From assembly GCA_010093705.1 (NCBI GenBank), contig MU006099.1, forward strand, positions 434,001-498,000: a stretch of DNA of 64,000 nt. The letters are read 5' to 3'. Below, one piece after another: positions 51,691 through 64,000 of this stretch (positions are counted from its first letter, which is position 1; each line of letters begins with the position of its first letter). Source of the DNA: Patellaria atrata CBS 101060. Lineage: Eukaryota. Both the position numbers and the translations under genes were made by a program. The notes beneath the pieces were generated by a model. That model saw only the letters and a program-made list of their open reading frames with translations, was not told the origin of the DNA and ran no database searches.

Positions 51691-54242
51691 GGTTGATAGG
51701 ACGTTGTTTTTAGAATTTGTTGATTGATGATACGGCGCTGGAAGTAAAGATTGGCGCTGATGTTGAACTATGATACTATCGGACGTGGAGACAGGGAAAC
51801 CTGGGGAGGATAAGGCGATCCTGGGGTAGTTGTTGTCTAGTTGAGCTCTGAGCCTATGGCTACGTACCGACTATTAACGCCTCAACGCGAAAATATGGTC
51901 AGCTGCTCACAAAGGACGACGGATTGGCAATAACAATGAGACGGGTACTTGATCACTTTGTACTCGTGTCCTTCGTCAGACGGGAGCGCCGACCTATGCT
52001 TTTCTACCCTCATCTTGTCGGAAGGGTCCAACTATCGGATGCAACGTAAACCCACGTACGATTTGATATCGTACACTGAATGACTGTTTTGCTTCCAGTC
52101 ATTTGTTTTGACGACAACTATAGAGCATGAAGAGATGGATGAGTGTTACAGGCGCTGGGTAGATCTTGAGTCATAAGGCTGCATTTAGGCTTGGACCGAT
52201 CTTCACGATGCATCGTCGTGAAGGTTAGGTATGTTCTGGCTTGACAGGTCACTTCTCCTAACCGCTGTGGTGGCATATTGTGCCTATGTAATGTTAGGCA
52301 TTTAGGTGTCTCTGCTTGAGGGCACAGAAGAGCGCTTCTTGATACTACTACCAGCTGCCAAAGTACAGGTAGAACATACTGTATGCTCAGGTACATGTAG
52401 TTCTACTGTACCTGTATTTGTACACCATATAGAAGATAGGAGATATAGGTCGCTTGGGTAGATACTTTTTCGGTACTTCACTCATGAATACCTTGGATCT
52501 ACATTCTCCCTTGAGGCAGAAACTCGTAGAACTCTTCCTGACCTAATCATGATGACTCCTTCTCGTGTTGCAGATGTTGCCATGATGGCGAAACGGCCGT
52601 GAGAAGAATTGGAGTTCGGCATTCCTTTTCGCATCTCTCTTCTAAGTGTTTACGTCTTGGGCAATTGCCCCCTTCTAGACCTCTTTGTTGACTGATGTCC
52701 TTCGGTCCGATGGAGGATGACTATGAACCTTCATCAAAGAACCCAGTCGCATCTTCTACAGAGAGTTCTTTGTCTGGTGTTGTCCGCCTTGCACAGCAGT
52801 CAAAGCGTTAATCCGAGTTTAATGTCCAGTAGTACTTTGTAGATGAGGCATCAAAACATCCCTTCGTCCTGTTACTCACAGACCAGATTTCCAAGGCAGC
52901 TGAGATGTTTCCTCAATATGATTCATAGACCTAGTGAAATCCTCAGTTCCCCGCCAGCCGAGTTACCAAATCCAAAAGGTATTCCACCAACGACATATGC
53001 TCAAACTAGGTACTCGTAGCGTTTCTCTAAATCATTCTTTCTCCTCGTTTTTTTTGGCGAAGTTGAACCCGCAGGGATATTGCAGCGCGGCAGGCGGGCC
53101 TCTTCCCATCTGAAAGAGAAGAAATAAAAAAAAAAAATCCCCGCGGCCGCCGAAGTGCTCTTTCGGCAAAGCAGAGAATGGTAGAATGCAACCTTCTCGT
53201 GAGCCACAAGATGCACAACGAAGCACAAACATGGATAGTTCCCTACGCCAATGCATAAGCGCTTCCGCTTTCAAACATACAAAGATGATTCAGAAGAGGC
53301 GGTAAGAGAGTGCGTTGACGAGATCTGAATTCTGAGTCGTCCAAATCGCTTCTCACATGTTTTCTCCCGTCGGTTGGCATGCTGCGATTCAATGCGCGAT
53401 AATTATTGTTGGGCTGGGTGAGGAACATGGACGAAGTGGAGGAGGGAGGGGGAGGAAAGGGAGAGCACCTCACATACGGGTTGGCCAAGGTAACAAGGGG
53501 ATGAAGATAAAAGAAAATTCAACTTCAAGTTCCCTGAAGAGTTGCACACATCAGTATTACCTCAACTATTGAATTAAGTACCTAAGCTGTTTGCCATCTA
53601 CTTTGCTCTCTGAAGATATGGCTAAGTGATGGAACAATTCGAAAACACTATGTGGGCATTCATTTGCTACCCATCCTCAGTCCTTCTTGCCTGAGCAACC
53701 CGAAGAATTATCGGCCCAAGCCTTCTCGGGGCTGAGTTCCATAAAAGTACAGTGAGTAATAGTACAAGTCCAGACGACGGAAATATGACCGGTAAAACAT
53801 GTGATACCCTTTCCCCATCATGCGTGAGCTACCAGTAATATATGCCCCAAGCCAGTGCTATCCGCCGTCCATTACGAAGTAAAAGTATAAAGTATGCAGA
53901 AAAATCATGGTCTCGTATGCAGTGAGACATCAAAGCATGACCTGGTATCAAGAATAAATAATTTTTTTTTTTGAAAGCAGAAAAAAAGTAAAAAGAACAG
54001 CCAAGGCTAGTTAGAGTCCACTGTTAAAGGCATGGACCGAAGAATATGAAAGCTGTTCGCAATGCCGGACGCCGTAAGATGATTTGCTAGTCTGAAAGAA
54101 ACGCCGTTACGCTATGTGTCATTAGACAAAGTGGATAAATGCATCTGGAACCTCCCTGAAGCAAATATGGCCGTAAAATGTGGTTGAGAATTCGGGGATT
54201 AAGGCGTATGGTAAGGGGTAGAAATTTTGGAATCCGACTCTT

Positions 54243-56110
54243 CTACCACCCCCTCTCGTGATATTCTTGCAGTCCATTGTCGAAATACGCATTGAATGAA
54301 TTAGTGGGTTTTGTTTCCTTTAGAGTGACCATGTGATGACTCTCGCCGGGGTAATTCCTAAGGTTTTTGACATCGTTTGATGTATGCCTACGCTTCAGAA
54401 CGGCACTTGAAGTAGCATTTTTCTGTTGACGTTCCCAAAGGAGGTGCTTCCTTAAAGATTCGGTAAGCTCTGTTGAAAGCATATTTCGTCGGGTGGTGCG
54501 TGGGGAAAGAGCTGGTTGATGAGTATTCGAAGTGGTGATGATGATGGGTCGTGACTGAGAGCGAGGAATATCAGGTTCTTGTTGCGGGTCATGAAATTGC
54601 ACGCTAGGTTCTGCTTTAGGAGATGTAGCGATAGATGGGCCGTTGGGGGAGGAAGTCCGTGAACGCCGCAGTCCATGAGGCTGGCGGGTAGCAGCTTGCT
54701 GGAGCGCTGCGGCACGATCTCCTTCGTGCATCAAGGTCGTTAGGAGGGAGCGTCGTGATGTCAAGTTTGGTCGTGAATCGACTCTTTTAAACATGTTCTT
54801 CTCTTCTAGACTAGAAGGTCCACTCTCCATATCTGAGTCTTCCCAATCATTCTCATCCTCATCGTCTTCAATGGCGCTTTCCGACATCGACTCTTCGTCT
54901 TCGTCGTCAGATTCTAGAGCGCTATCGCTATTGTTCTTATTTTGATTATAGATAGCCCGCGTGACAATTTCGTCTCTGAAAGAGGTCTGCTTGCGGTTAA
55001 AAGTTGGACGTTTGAGGCCTTCAGCAAGGGAGCTACGGTTTGCTAGAGACATATGCGTTTCTAACGAGCTTTCGCCACCTTCGTCTGAGGATGCACCAAT
55101 GATAAAGCCAGGCTTCTTCTTGAATTGTTCGCCCTCTGCTTTGTAGTTATCAGTGTTTTTTAAAATAGTCTTGGGAAGCGCCTGCGTGCCCGAACGGTAT
55201 GACGAGACCGCCTGACCCGGAGAAAATCCAATTGTTACGCTGTGATCAGTCATCTCAGTGGTAGAACTACTGTCCGATGGCACCGGCGGGCTTAAATTCG
55301 ATCCGTCGGTGTATGCTTCGGTGGCAACTGTAGATGTAGATGAATCCGGAGGTAAATTAGAAGGCATCTGATCACGTTGAGTCGTTGATTCTGCAATGGA
55401 TTGCATGGTTTGTCGGGACGGCTGTGACGGTTTCACGGCTGGTTTCTGCATTGTAGCGATTGAGCAAGAACGAGGTAATGGAAGAGGCGACAACGGCTCC
55501 AACTCTTTCTTTTCCTTTATCGAAGTAACAATCTTTTCTAAGTCTACGGGTGTAATGTGTTTCTCGAATCCTCTACTGCGGCTTTCTGAAGAGTCAAGTC
55601 GTCGCAATTCAGGTCTAATGGGGGATGAGAGCGCCTGCGGTGTTTGGGCAGGTGCGTCCGAGTCAAGAGATTCCACGCTTGAGGATAATTCTGGTGCTTC
55701 CTCGGAGGAGCGCGATTGATTTAATGATGACGGTCCGTGAAGGCGTTTTGAGGAAGATGAGGAGGAAGGTAAGCTTCGGTTTAAGGACCATCGCTCTTTG
55801 AAGTTCGGCTTTTGATCAGGCGCACAACAAAATGTCTCACGGTTCCAAAGCCGCCAAGAGAAATTCTCTAGTCTTTTGCCGTCTTCCATCGTAGTTGAGC
55901 ACTTGGAGAATACTGTAGTTAAAAATGAAAGGATTAGCTGAAAGGCTAATTGCACGAGGTTTTTTTTTGGCCCTCAGATGCTATCATCCAGCGACCAAAA
56001 TTCGACTTACCAGACCAGAGCATGAATAGATTCACGACGTTCGTTGTGTCAATCGTGTGCATCGATGCGGGCTCCACCCTCACGATAGGTCTTTCCGAAC
56101 CGAAAGGCAT
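54243..56110 (-). CDS. DUF1752 (AreA N-terminal-like) / DUF3295 domain regulator. Exons 56011-56110 and 54243-55912
   Basis: NLFMLWS|VFSKC..DGKRLENFSWRLWNRE (DUF1752 signature); ESAIEDD..WED, SRRSLLT, SPRTTRRNMLSTELTESLRKHLLWER and terminal YHERGW (DUF3295). Confidence 0.9.
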
Positions 56111-59100
56111 TTTTGCGATGTTGCGCCCGAGAAGAGGAGTTTGGGTGCTGTTGAGTTTATGTGTCGGTTGTTCAGGTAGTAAGGTAGTGGCTGTTTGCGT
56201 CGCGAAGAGTGAGAGTGAGTGATTGCGTCAAAGATCGGCAGGCCCGTAGCGAGGTACTGCGGCGGATTGGCGTCACAGCGAGGGCGGCAAAAGGCAACAG
56301 ATGGATAAAGCTAGATAAGATGGCATGCCCGCCGAATGAATAATGGAAGTTCTTCTAGAGTAGATGCACACACTTCAAAGGTTGTTGGGAACGAATGTGC
56401 TGGGTGTGTAAAAAGGTTTTTGTGGGTGGTGTTTAGGGAAGAGAGTTCCTTTGTTGTCGGGATGGGGAAAAACTGGGGGGTGGGCAATGCTACATAAAAA
56501 GCCGCCGGGTGTGGGAGAAAGAAGGAACAAGACTGGAACGGGGAACGATGGCCAGGCTGCTTCGCTGCTTTTTGTCTGACTGCTGCTCTAAGGGCCGCAA
56601 CCTCGTCAAGCCAGTTACCAAACCTGTGGGACGAGAGGCGTTCAACGTGCATGGGGGTCGATGTGGACAGTCAGGGAGGAAGGAGGAAGGGGGTGGATAA
56701 GGGCATGAAAGCACTTTTACCGGGGTTAGAAGCGTGTGATGAGGGAACCTGAAAGGGAACAGGCCCTGACCAGGGGATCACGGGGAAAGAGGAAAGACCA
56801 AATCAACCAAAAGTGACCGTTTTAGAGGCTTGACTAAGACTTGACTTGGCTTGTGCTGGATTTGGGGGGATTGGAGGAATCTTTTGAGAGCCTTCAGGCT
56901 TTTTGGGGGTTTTTGCGAGGTAAACTTAGCGTGCGACGTACTTTGGGCGTGCTCAACTGCCAACTGGTGCTTTTTCGGGGGCGCTATAAACAACTTTTAC
57001 AAGGTATCACACGTATCAATACCTTTCGTAACAAGTGCCTAAACCCCGTGTCAAATACTCTCATCAAATCATCAGTATCACATTTCAAGGCTGTTACTCT
57101 CGCCGCGGCGGGAAGGACAGCCTGTAAACTTAACCTTTAACTGACGGGTTTGACGGGTCGTTATTTGATGATGATAGATCATTTGTTACTTTGTTGTTGT
57201 CAAATCGCCTAATAGCAAAAGCCTGGCAGCCGCTCGCCCTTCTGTTTTGCTGCCAATACCCTTCCACGTCACATTCCATTCACGCGTCGTAGAGCAATGC
57301 TTTCTGTTTTATTCGTTTCTTTGCCCTTTCAATCACAAAGTCTACAAACGGTCACGGTTTACATGAGTAGTTACCTTTTAGAGGAAGTTTCATCAGTTTC
57401 TCGTCCCTACATCTTGGCAGCTCTGTAGACTGTGGGGACACCTGAGAGATGTCAATCTGCCTGCTGCTAAGTCAACAAGCGCGACACTTCCGATTGTTCC
57501 CCTACGATAGCGCCTACTTAGTGACTATTTAGACTCCCTATTTCTCTCCTTTTAACATATCTCTTTTTGCGAGCAAATAACAATTCCAACACGTGCTCCC
57601 CTGATACGGACTCGCGAAAATCCATATCGAGATATGTCAAGGCAACGACATTGACCAAGCAGGTACTTCGAAAAGCCTAGGCGTGGGGATCAGCAGTATC
57701 ACGAGACTGCCAGTACACAAGAGATACTCGTCAGCAGACTCTCAAAAGGCGAGAAACAGCGCTGCAACGGACACGGCGAGAATCCTTCGCAAGGAAGGAG
57801 AATTATGGACTTGCCTTGTCTTCCAGAAGCCCCGACGAAGCCGCTAACTTTACTACAAAGACCGTCAAGACTGAACCGCTCACGGTTCTACTTCATGCAC
57901 CAGACCGCAGCTGACTCGACAAGTCGTGACATGGACCAAGGTCCAAGCTAGCGTTTTGCCATCAGAAATTGAAGGCTCGTGAGTTCGAGTGATATATTCT
58001 ACCAACAGCCGTGCTCCTGATCGAGCAATTCCATCCCGTACTTTGCGACGTTATCGCGGGACTTTTAAGATACTGCTTGCCCTTTCCATCCGTCTCAAAA
58101 CTCCGGAAGGTATGGTGTACTGTAGGTACAGTACATCGTTGATGTGCAAGATCAAAGAGCAGCAACCCGCAATGTACCCTCGAGGTACCATTTTGGTTTC
58201 ATAGCGTGGGATGACCACTGCTTTTCAATAATACATATCGCCCACGTGTGATACGAAAAAGATTACAGCTCTGTTTGCGGGGGATCTGTGTGAAGCACAT
58301 TTACCGAGCATTTATCCAGATCTGCTGCGGCGATTTAGTCTGTGCCTGGGGCTTCCAATTCCGGCGCCTCAGCAGCATCGTTAATCCCAAAGCGCTGCAG
58401 GATGGAATTCCATAACACCAAACTACATACCTTTACAGAAACTCTGGAACTCCATTATTCAGAGCTTTACCAAAAGACATCATTCAACTGAAAAAAATTC
58501 TTCCGTATACCTTTCTACAGAGTCGAGTATTCGGGACGGATCCCGAGACAGTAGTATGGCGATGCTGCCCGACTATCTGCTAATTCACATTTTCACCAGC
58601 ACGTTATTGTTCGCTATTAAGTCTGAAACGCGACGGCCTATGACAAGAGCTATCACATGCTCTGATAGCTTTTTGCACTGAGGCTGGAAACACCAATGAA
58701 CGAGCTCAGAGTTGATGGTACTTCTTAACCTGACCTCTTTGCTTTTATAAAATAATTCCTCCGTCGGCGGGCTATCTTTCTATTTCATCAATACAGATAG
58801 AAGAACTGGAAGAGCGGACGTCTCAACCCGTTAGGAACCTTTTGAATATCAACGGGTATCAAGAACTTTTTGCGATCAACTCTTCAATCTATCTCAAGTC
58901 TCGGTGAGAGATGATCTTGAGGGGCTGAAGTAGTAGGAGACATTCAGCAGCTCGTTGGATAGGTTTGTCCGATACAGAATAATACGGCATCTCAATTCTC
59001 GAGATCTGTCCTCGTGTTGTGGGGTACTTTTGCCTGTATTTTGAGACATTCCATGGGGGAGAGTTTGGGGCTCTCTCGCATCATTGGAGCACGCAAGGAG

Positions 59101-62100
59101 TTTTATCGGAGCTGCCTATCGTGTACATTTATTTACCTCGCGGTTATTCGCCTTAGTCAACGAAAAAGAAGTCGATTCGAAGGTTACAGGTGTAGAGGTA
59201 CAAATTCTGCCATAATGCAACGTTGAGCTCGTCCCAAAATGTCTTCGTAGGTCATTCGGTCAAGATGGTCGAATCATAGTTCACCGGCACGATCATGTGT
59301 ACAGCGACAACAAGCAGCTTACAGCCGGTTTCATGCGCTGTACAAAATCGCGACAGCGAACAAAATCATCCACAAAATACCTTGCACAACAATGTCATCT
59401 TGTCGATCTCGTTCGTTCTCCAGAAGAAAACAGGCAAAAAGCATATTTACCAACCCCCGGGTTTGATTCTACCTTTGGCAATTCGAATCAACGGGAGAAG
59501 CAGATGACCTTCTACAGGTTCTCACATAAAGCAGGCGCAGGTAGATCAACATAGCTACAGGATCTCTTCACCGCATCTCGCCGCTGGACTGTTACTTGAC
59601 CTTGGACCCTTTCCAGTCTTTGGGTGGCCACAACATGGCCAGGCCTCACGGTCCGCCTAGCCGAACGGGAGGACTTTCAAGCTCTTTACCCCACAAAACG
59701 ACCTTGGACTTCCACTTGCCTTTCTACCGTCTCTCTAAACTTAATCAAATTACCAAAAACGTTGGACTACGCCTCAGTCTCATGATTTATCAAAAAGACT
59801 GTATGCAAAATAGCCATCAACTCCTTTAATACGGTTGAGAAGCACGACGGCGATTCAGCTTTATATGGAACTTGGCTATTTCAGCCCATCCAGGACCGCT
59901 TCGAGTCATATCTTCTTCTATTAGCCTTTCACCTGAGTAATGATGGAGGAAAAGGGTTTCCTATCTACTTATTCTTTTCAGTAACGACCGCTTGCATAGC
60001 GAAAGTGATATATTACGATATTCCACGGTGCTCAGTCTGGTCTCTCCTTCAAAGTCTAGAATCACACGGGGCCCTGAGTCTTCCTTACACTTGGAATTCC
60101 CCAAATTGCTTCTTGAGAGCACCGTTCCACTTCATCGGAACACTAACTCCACATGTTCCGAAGCGTCAGTTACCTCAACTATTTCGCTCACAGGCTTCAA
60201 ATCGACTGGGACATTAAAACAGTCTGTTAATAACGTAATGGTGTGGTGCACCCACGACTCTACAGTCTGTACACCATATGATTTGATCTTTATAGCTCCC
60301 AAACCGCAGTGTTGCGCGCGCTCTATGTGTCCTCCACCACTATATTTGGACTGTACACGTTAGATAAGGTCGACCTCGCATGCAAAGGCTGCAAAGTTCT
60401 TCTTCTCCTTGCTATGGTCTATGGAAAAGAGGTACATCTTAATGTAGCATTATAGGCAGGGATCGGCCCGGGGATGTAGGGTCTATCGCTCTCCGGCTTA
60501 CCTGAGAGGCGATGTCTCACTCAGTCAGAGTCCCTATTGATCTGATCCTAGCATCATCTTGCCCTTTCAGTACTCCCGCATGTTGTTTGACAAAAACGAA
60601 GACTTGAAAGTCACCAAAGTACGTCCTGAAGGAGCATGAGGAGCTACGGAAATGTGAACATCGGAGAATACGTTCTTCCTCATCTTTTGGCCAGACGCGA
60701 CCATCATGCCCTGGGCCGCAGGCGATCTTGTCCTATCATATCTGCAACGTGGATCAGGTAGTGCCGGTATGTTGGCCCAGACACTGTTTTGCAAGTTTAT
60801 AACTTTTAAGGGTCGAATCTGCAGGTTTCTTTCGGTACCTGGGAAATAGAATGAATCTCCACCCGTTATTTGGACATGTTACAAGTACCTTAACCTGTGA
60901 GTTTAAGGCTTTCAAGCAGGTGTGGGTGCAGGAGCCCATTTCCCGGGGCGATGGGACGAAAGCCACAGCTGCGACCCGACGACCTGGGAATGGCTGTCCA
61001 ACTTAACCTGAACGAGACCGGGACAAGGCGGGCAAGGATTCAATACCGTTTAGCACACTCGGAAGTAGACAAGTTCACAACGGAAGTACTGTTAGTCTGC
61101 ACTCGCTTACACTTCCGCCGCGAAAATCCATGCTGCCAGCTGCCACCTCATGCTTCCTGAGGTGCCGGCTATCGTTGTATTACCCGCCCCATACGGTACA
61201 CCCACGCTTCCCCGTCACCTACTTTTTGCCGATAGCTCAACACCCGTCATCCATCTCTGTCGGATCTCAGTAGTGAGAACAACGTTTCCCGGCTAAAATT
61301 CCAGGGTAGGTGGCCTTAATGCGTACTTAGGATGAAGTTGGTAAGTACATAATGATTTCTCAACCCTCTTACGTACAACTTTACTGGTATGTATTGCTTG
61401 CACTGTCCTTGACGGTCCGATGAAAAGAAAAGCACGACATTTTCTCTCTTAAACATGACCTCTGATATCGTTCCTTGGCATCATCTCTTCAATCTCCGTT
61501 TTCAGTGTGACGGTTTCACAGGTCCGCGATTCAGGTCAGCTCAAAATATTCCGCCGCTTCATCATCTCGCATTCCGAGCAATCAAGCTCTCCTCGAACAG
61601 GCGTTCTCCAGAGTTTCGACAGACGCCAATCCCAGGCAAGATCTCGTGGAGGGCATTCTTCCAAACTTCCATACCTTATCTCCACCAATTTTCCCAACTG
61701 CCTCGTTGGGGCCAGGATGTTCCGGGGTCGGAGAAGATGCAACAAGCGAAGTCTCCAGTGAGAGTTTTACCGCATCGGGATAGGCCGATGGCTCGTGTAG
61801 TCGATAGCGTACGGGGGGAAAGCGGGATAGGACCAGGTGGAAACCCTTGAGCCCTTACAAGTTACGACCCTTCTTTGGGGATCTCCTGCTTCATGCAACA
61901 GCTCCCTACATCATGTTGTGGGTACTGACATCGTCGACTCGTGTGTAAAAGCGCCATGGAATCCCATCACGAAGGAAGTATCAGGGGAATTGGCGCCTGT
62001 GTCAGTTCTTTTGGGAGTTGCGAGGACCCGACGCCAGGGTAAAGCAAAGAAACGCTTCCAGCACGACTCTCACGAGGGCAAGAGAAACCAAAACCTTCGA

Positions 62101-63716
62101 TAGCGGTGTCCGTCGTTGGGGATCCTGATTCACATTAATCGCCTAATTCGATTCTATCATTATGTGCTCATAATCTACAGAAGCGAATGCCGGAGATGAA
62201 AAGGGATCCTTGGATTTGGGATGATAACGGGCTGCTTGTTCATCCCAAAAGTTGACACAAGTACTCAACTGCCAGTTTGGCATGGAGGTGCGGAGATTGT
62301 ACCTCGTGATATCTGCTTGACGCGCTGGAGATCACGTTGGTAGGATTCCTTTGCCCTTTGGGCAGCAAACCAACGTATATTATGGATTATGATTCTACCT
62401 GTACCATTATAACAGCAGTCAGCAAACAGGTAAGCTCTTTCACTTGCTATTCCGCAACACTTAAGCTTTATTATTGTACTGTATGGTACTTCTACTTTAA
62501 CGGAGTACTTGTATAAGCACAAAATGCTTTTGTCGGACTGTCCCCCACGCGCATGCTCAGTCATCTCTGCTCACACCCACACTGTTGATGCGTTTAAAAC
62601 GCGTGCGTGCGGTCAGCACAGTTATGTCACAGCGCCATACCATCGGACACCACATCATGCCGGTTGGCTGGTGTGAGGGGACATCGAATGAAATTTTGTG
62701 CTCTGTGCTCACGCTTCGGCATCTCACATCTCATCTGATAAGTCGAAGCGGAGCGCTGCGGGGGGATTGCGGGCGGGCAGGCAAGGCGAAGGGAAAGGGA
62801 GGGAAGGATTCAAAGGCGAAGGGTCGGAACGAGAAATCGCTGACCACCTCCAAAATCCTTCTCGGAACCAGCCAGATGAACAAACGGCATCCTTCTTAAC
62901 ACGAGAGAAGTTCTGTTTACCGTTGTTACCATCTACCGGCCAGGCTGTTATAGTTACAACGTCGCACGTCCTGTTTTTCGGGGTTCCTAGCCAATCGTTG
63001 TGCTATATTCGCTTCCAAATCAGCCATAATGAACATTCAGGCTCATGTCCTGGCCAATGCAGGGTTTCCTATTTCTGTAAGTTTTGATCGAAGATTTCAT
63101 CTCAAACTCGCAAGTTCGCAACAAGTACCTGGATACGGAGTACAGGCTGCAGTTATTCTTAATTACAGTACGAGGTACAACGTACCAAAGCCATGTGTTT
63201 CTCGTCGATCTTTCATACTCCATGTAATAATCGTCGTACAGTTAATCAAAATGTCTTTCATTCATCTGACTGACATCACGTATCCTTTGCCATTGCAGTT
63301 CATCACCAGCATCGACCGTTCAGCAGCTGTGAACATCAACAACAAAATCTAGGAAGAACAGGACTCAAATCTGACAAGCACCCCTAGTGAAGTACATCAT
63401 AACCCTAAGCACCTCTTACGAGTGTTCCCTTTCCCCATATTCCACAGTAGATCCGATGCGATCACTACCTTACTTCTTCCTCCAAAACAGCCTGTGTCCC
63501 CCGTTTTCTGCACGAAAGCTTACCTCTTGTCATCCGCCATACTTGGTGCGACCACACCTCACAGCATGCGCGCCGCTTTTCTACCCCTCAGCCCTCTCCT
63601 ATTCTCGTCATCATCCAAATTTCAATCTATCCTCATACCCGTAACCACGTCGTCGGGTCTCCGTCTCGCACCGCCCGCATTCTCTCCATGAGTATGTTCG
63701 GCTGACAGCGCGCACC

Positions 63717-64000
63717 ATGCTTCTCTACCATGAGTGCCCTCCCCTCCCTGTCGTCGTCGCATCCAGCTCAACGCAAAACCCTTTTTCGAGCGTTTTAGGA
63801 CAAATGTGGCAAACTGGCCGGAGGAGGGCCAGGGCAGCTCTGTACGGTGCTGCTTTGGCCCTGGAGACCCCACACCAACCAACGTTACAGCAGCAGTCTC
63901 CCTTCCAAACATATGTAGCGGATGATCTCCAACCACCTGGGGCCCTACAATGGGTTCGTACCTTCCACCCTTTCGCGCGAGCACAGCTTGTAGGCGGTCA
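63717..64000 (+). CDS. Possible 5' end of a gene running off the window (94 open codons, MLLYHECPPLPVVV...)
   Basis: CACCATG context, pyrimidine-rich leader, short upstream ORF at 63688 (ATG AGT ATG TTC GGC TGA), no stop before the window end; no domain recognised. Confidence 0.3.
   Translation, partial: MLLYHECPPLPVVVASSSTQNPFSSVLGQMWQTGRRRARAALYGAALALETPHQPTLQQQSPFQTYVADDLQPPGALQWVRTFHPFARAQLVGG

Noticed and set aside
52100..53600. Possible minus-strand multi-exon gene
   Set aside because: Splice-like signals are present, but I could not assemble an open, recognisable reading frame
63400..63408. TAACCCTAA, matching the Neurospora-type telomerase RNA template
   Set aside because: A 9-mer is expected by chance about once per 130 kb counting both strands; no pseudoknot or other TER element was recognised, and the context looks like a 5' leader
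1..64000. tRNA/5S genes and intact transposons
   Set aside because: GGTTCGA-like hits lack cloverleaf pairing; no transposase, RT, integrase or tyrosine recombinase motifs, LTRs or TIRs were seen by eye

Overview
Intron-containing eukaryotic DNA from a filamentous ascomycete (Pezizomycotina-type GT..CTAAC/CTGAC..YAG introns). No rRNA, tRNA, CRISPR array or intact transposon was recognised. Most of the ORF track is noise or exon fragments. By hand I reconstruct about 11 well-supported genes and three weak candidates. The supported genes encode: a huge secreted Ser/Thr-rich protein, a small Cys-rich conserved protein, an Old Yellow Enzyme, a Kch1-type K+ transporter, a DXO/Rai1-like PD-(D/E)xK nuclease, a 2330-aa ZNFX1/Hrr1/SAD-3-like SF1 helicase fused to three CbbX/SpoVK-type AAA modules, a DUF6590 protein with MazF/PemK-like motifs, an acidic coiled-coil orphan, HP1/Swi6, CCT5 and a 14-exon CCCH/CHY zinc-finger protein; a DUF1752/DUF3295 regulator also lies near the right end. 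The best candidate for an undescribed system is the block at about 25.4-38.5 kb between KCH1 and HP1. It holds two divergent gene pairs, and three of the four genes look like RNA-acting enzymes (5'-end nuclease, helicase-AAA3, endoribonuclease-fold protein), suggesting a fungal RNA-surveillance or immunity locus. Other observations: a RIP-like pseudogene paralogous to the orphan, unusually long structured introns in CCT5 and its convergent neighbour, an 8-nt microexon, introns inside three P-loops, and recurring C-to-G skew inversions. All family assignments come from motif recognition by eye; no searches were run.
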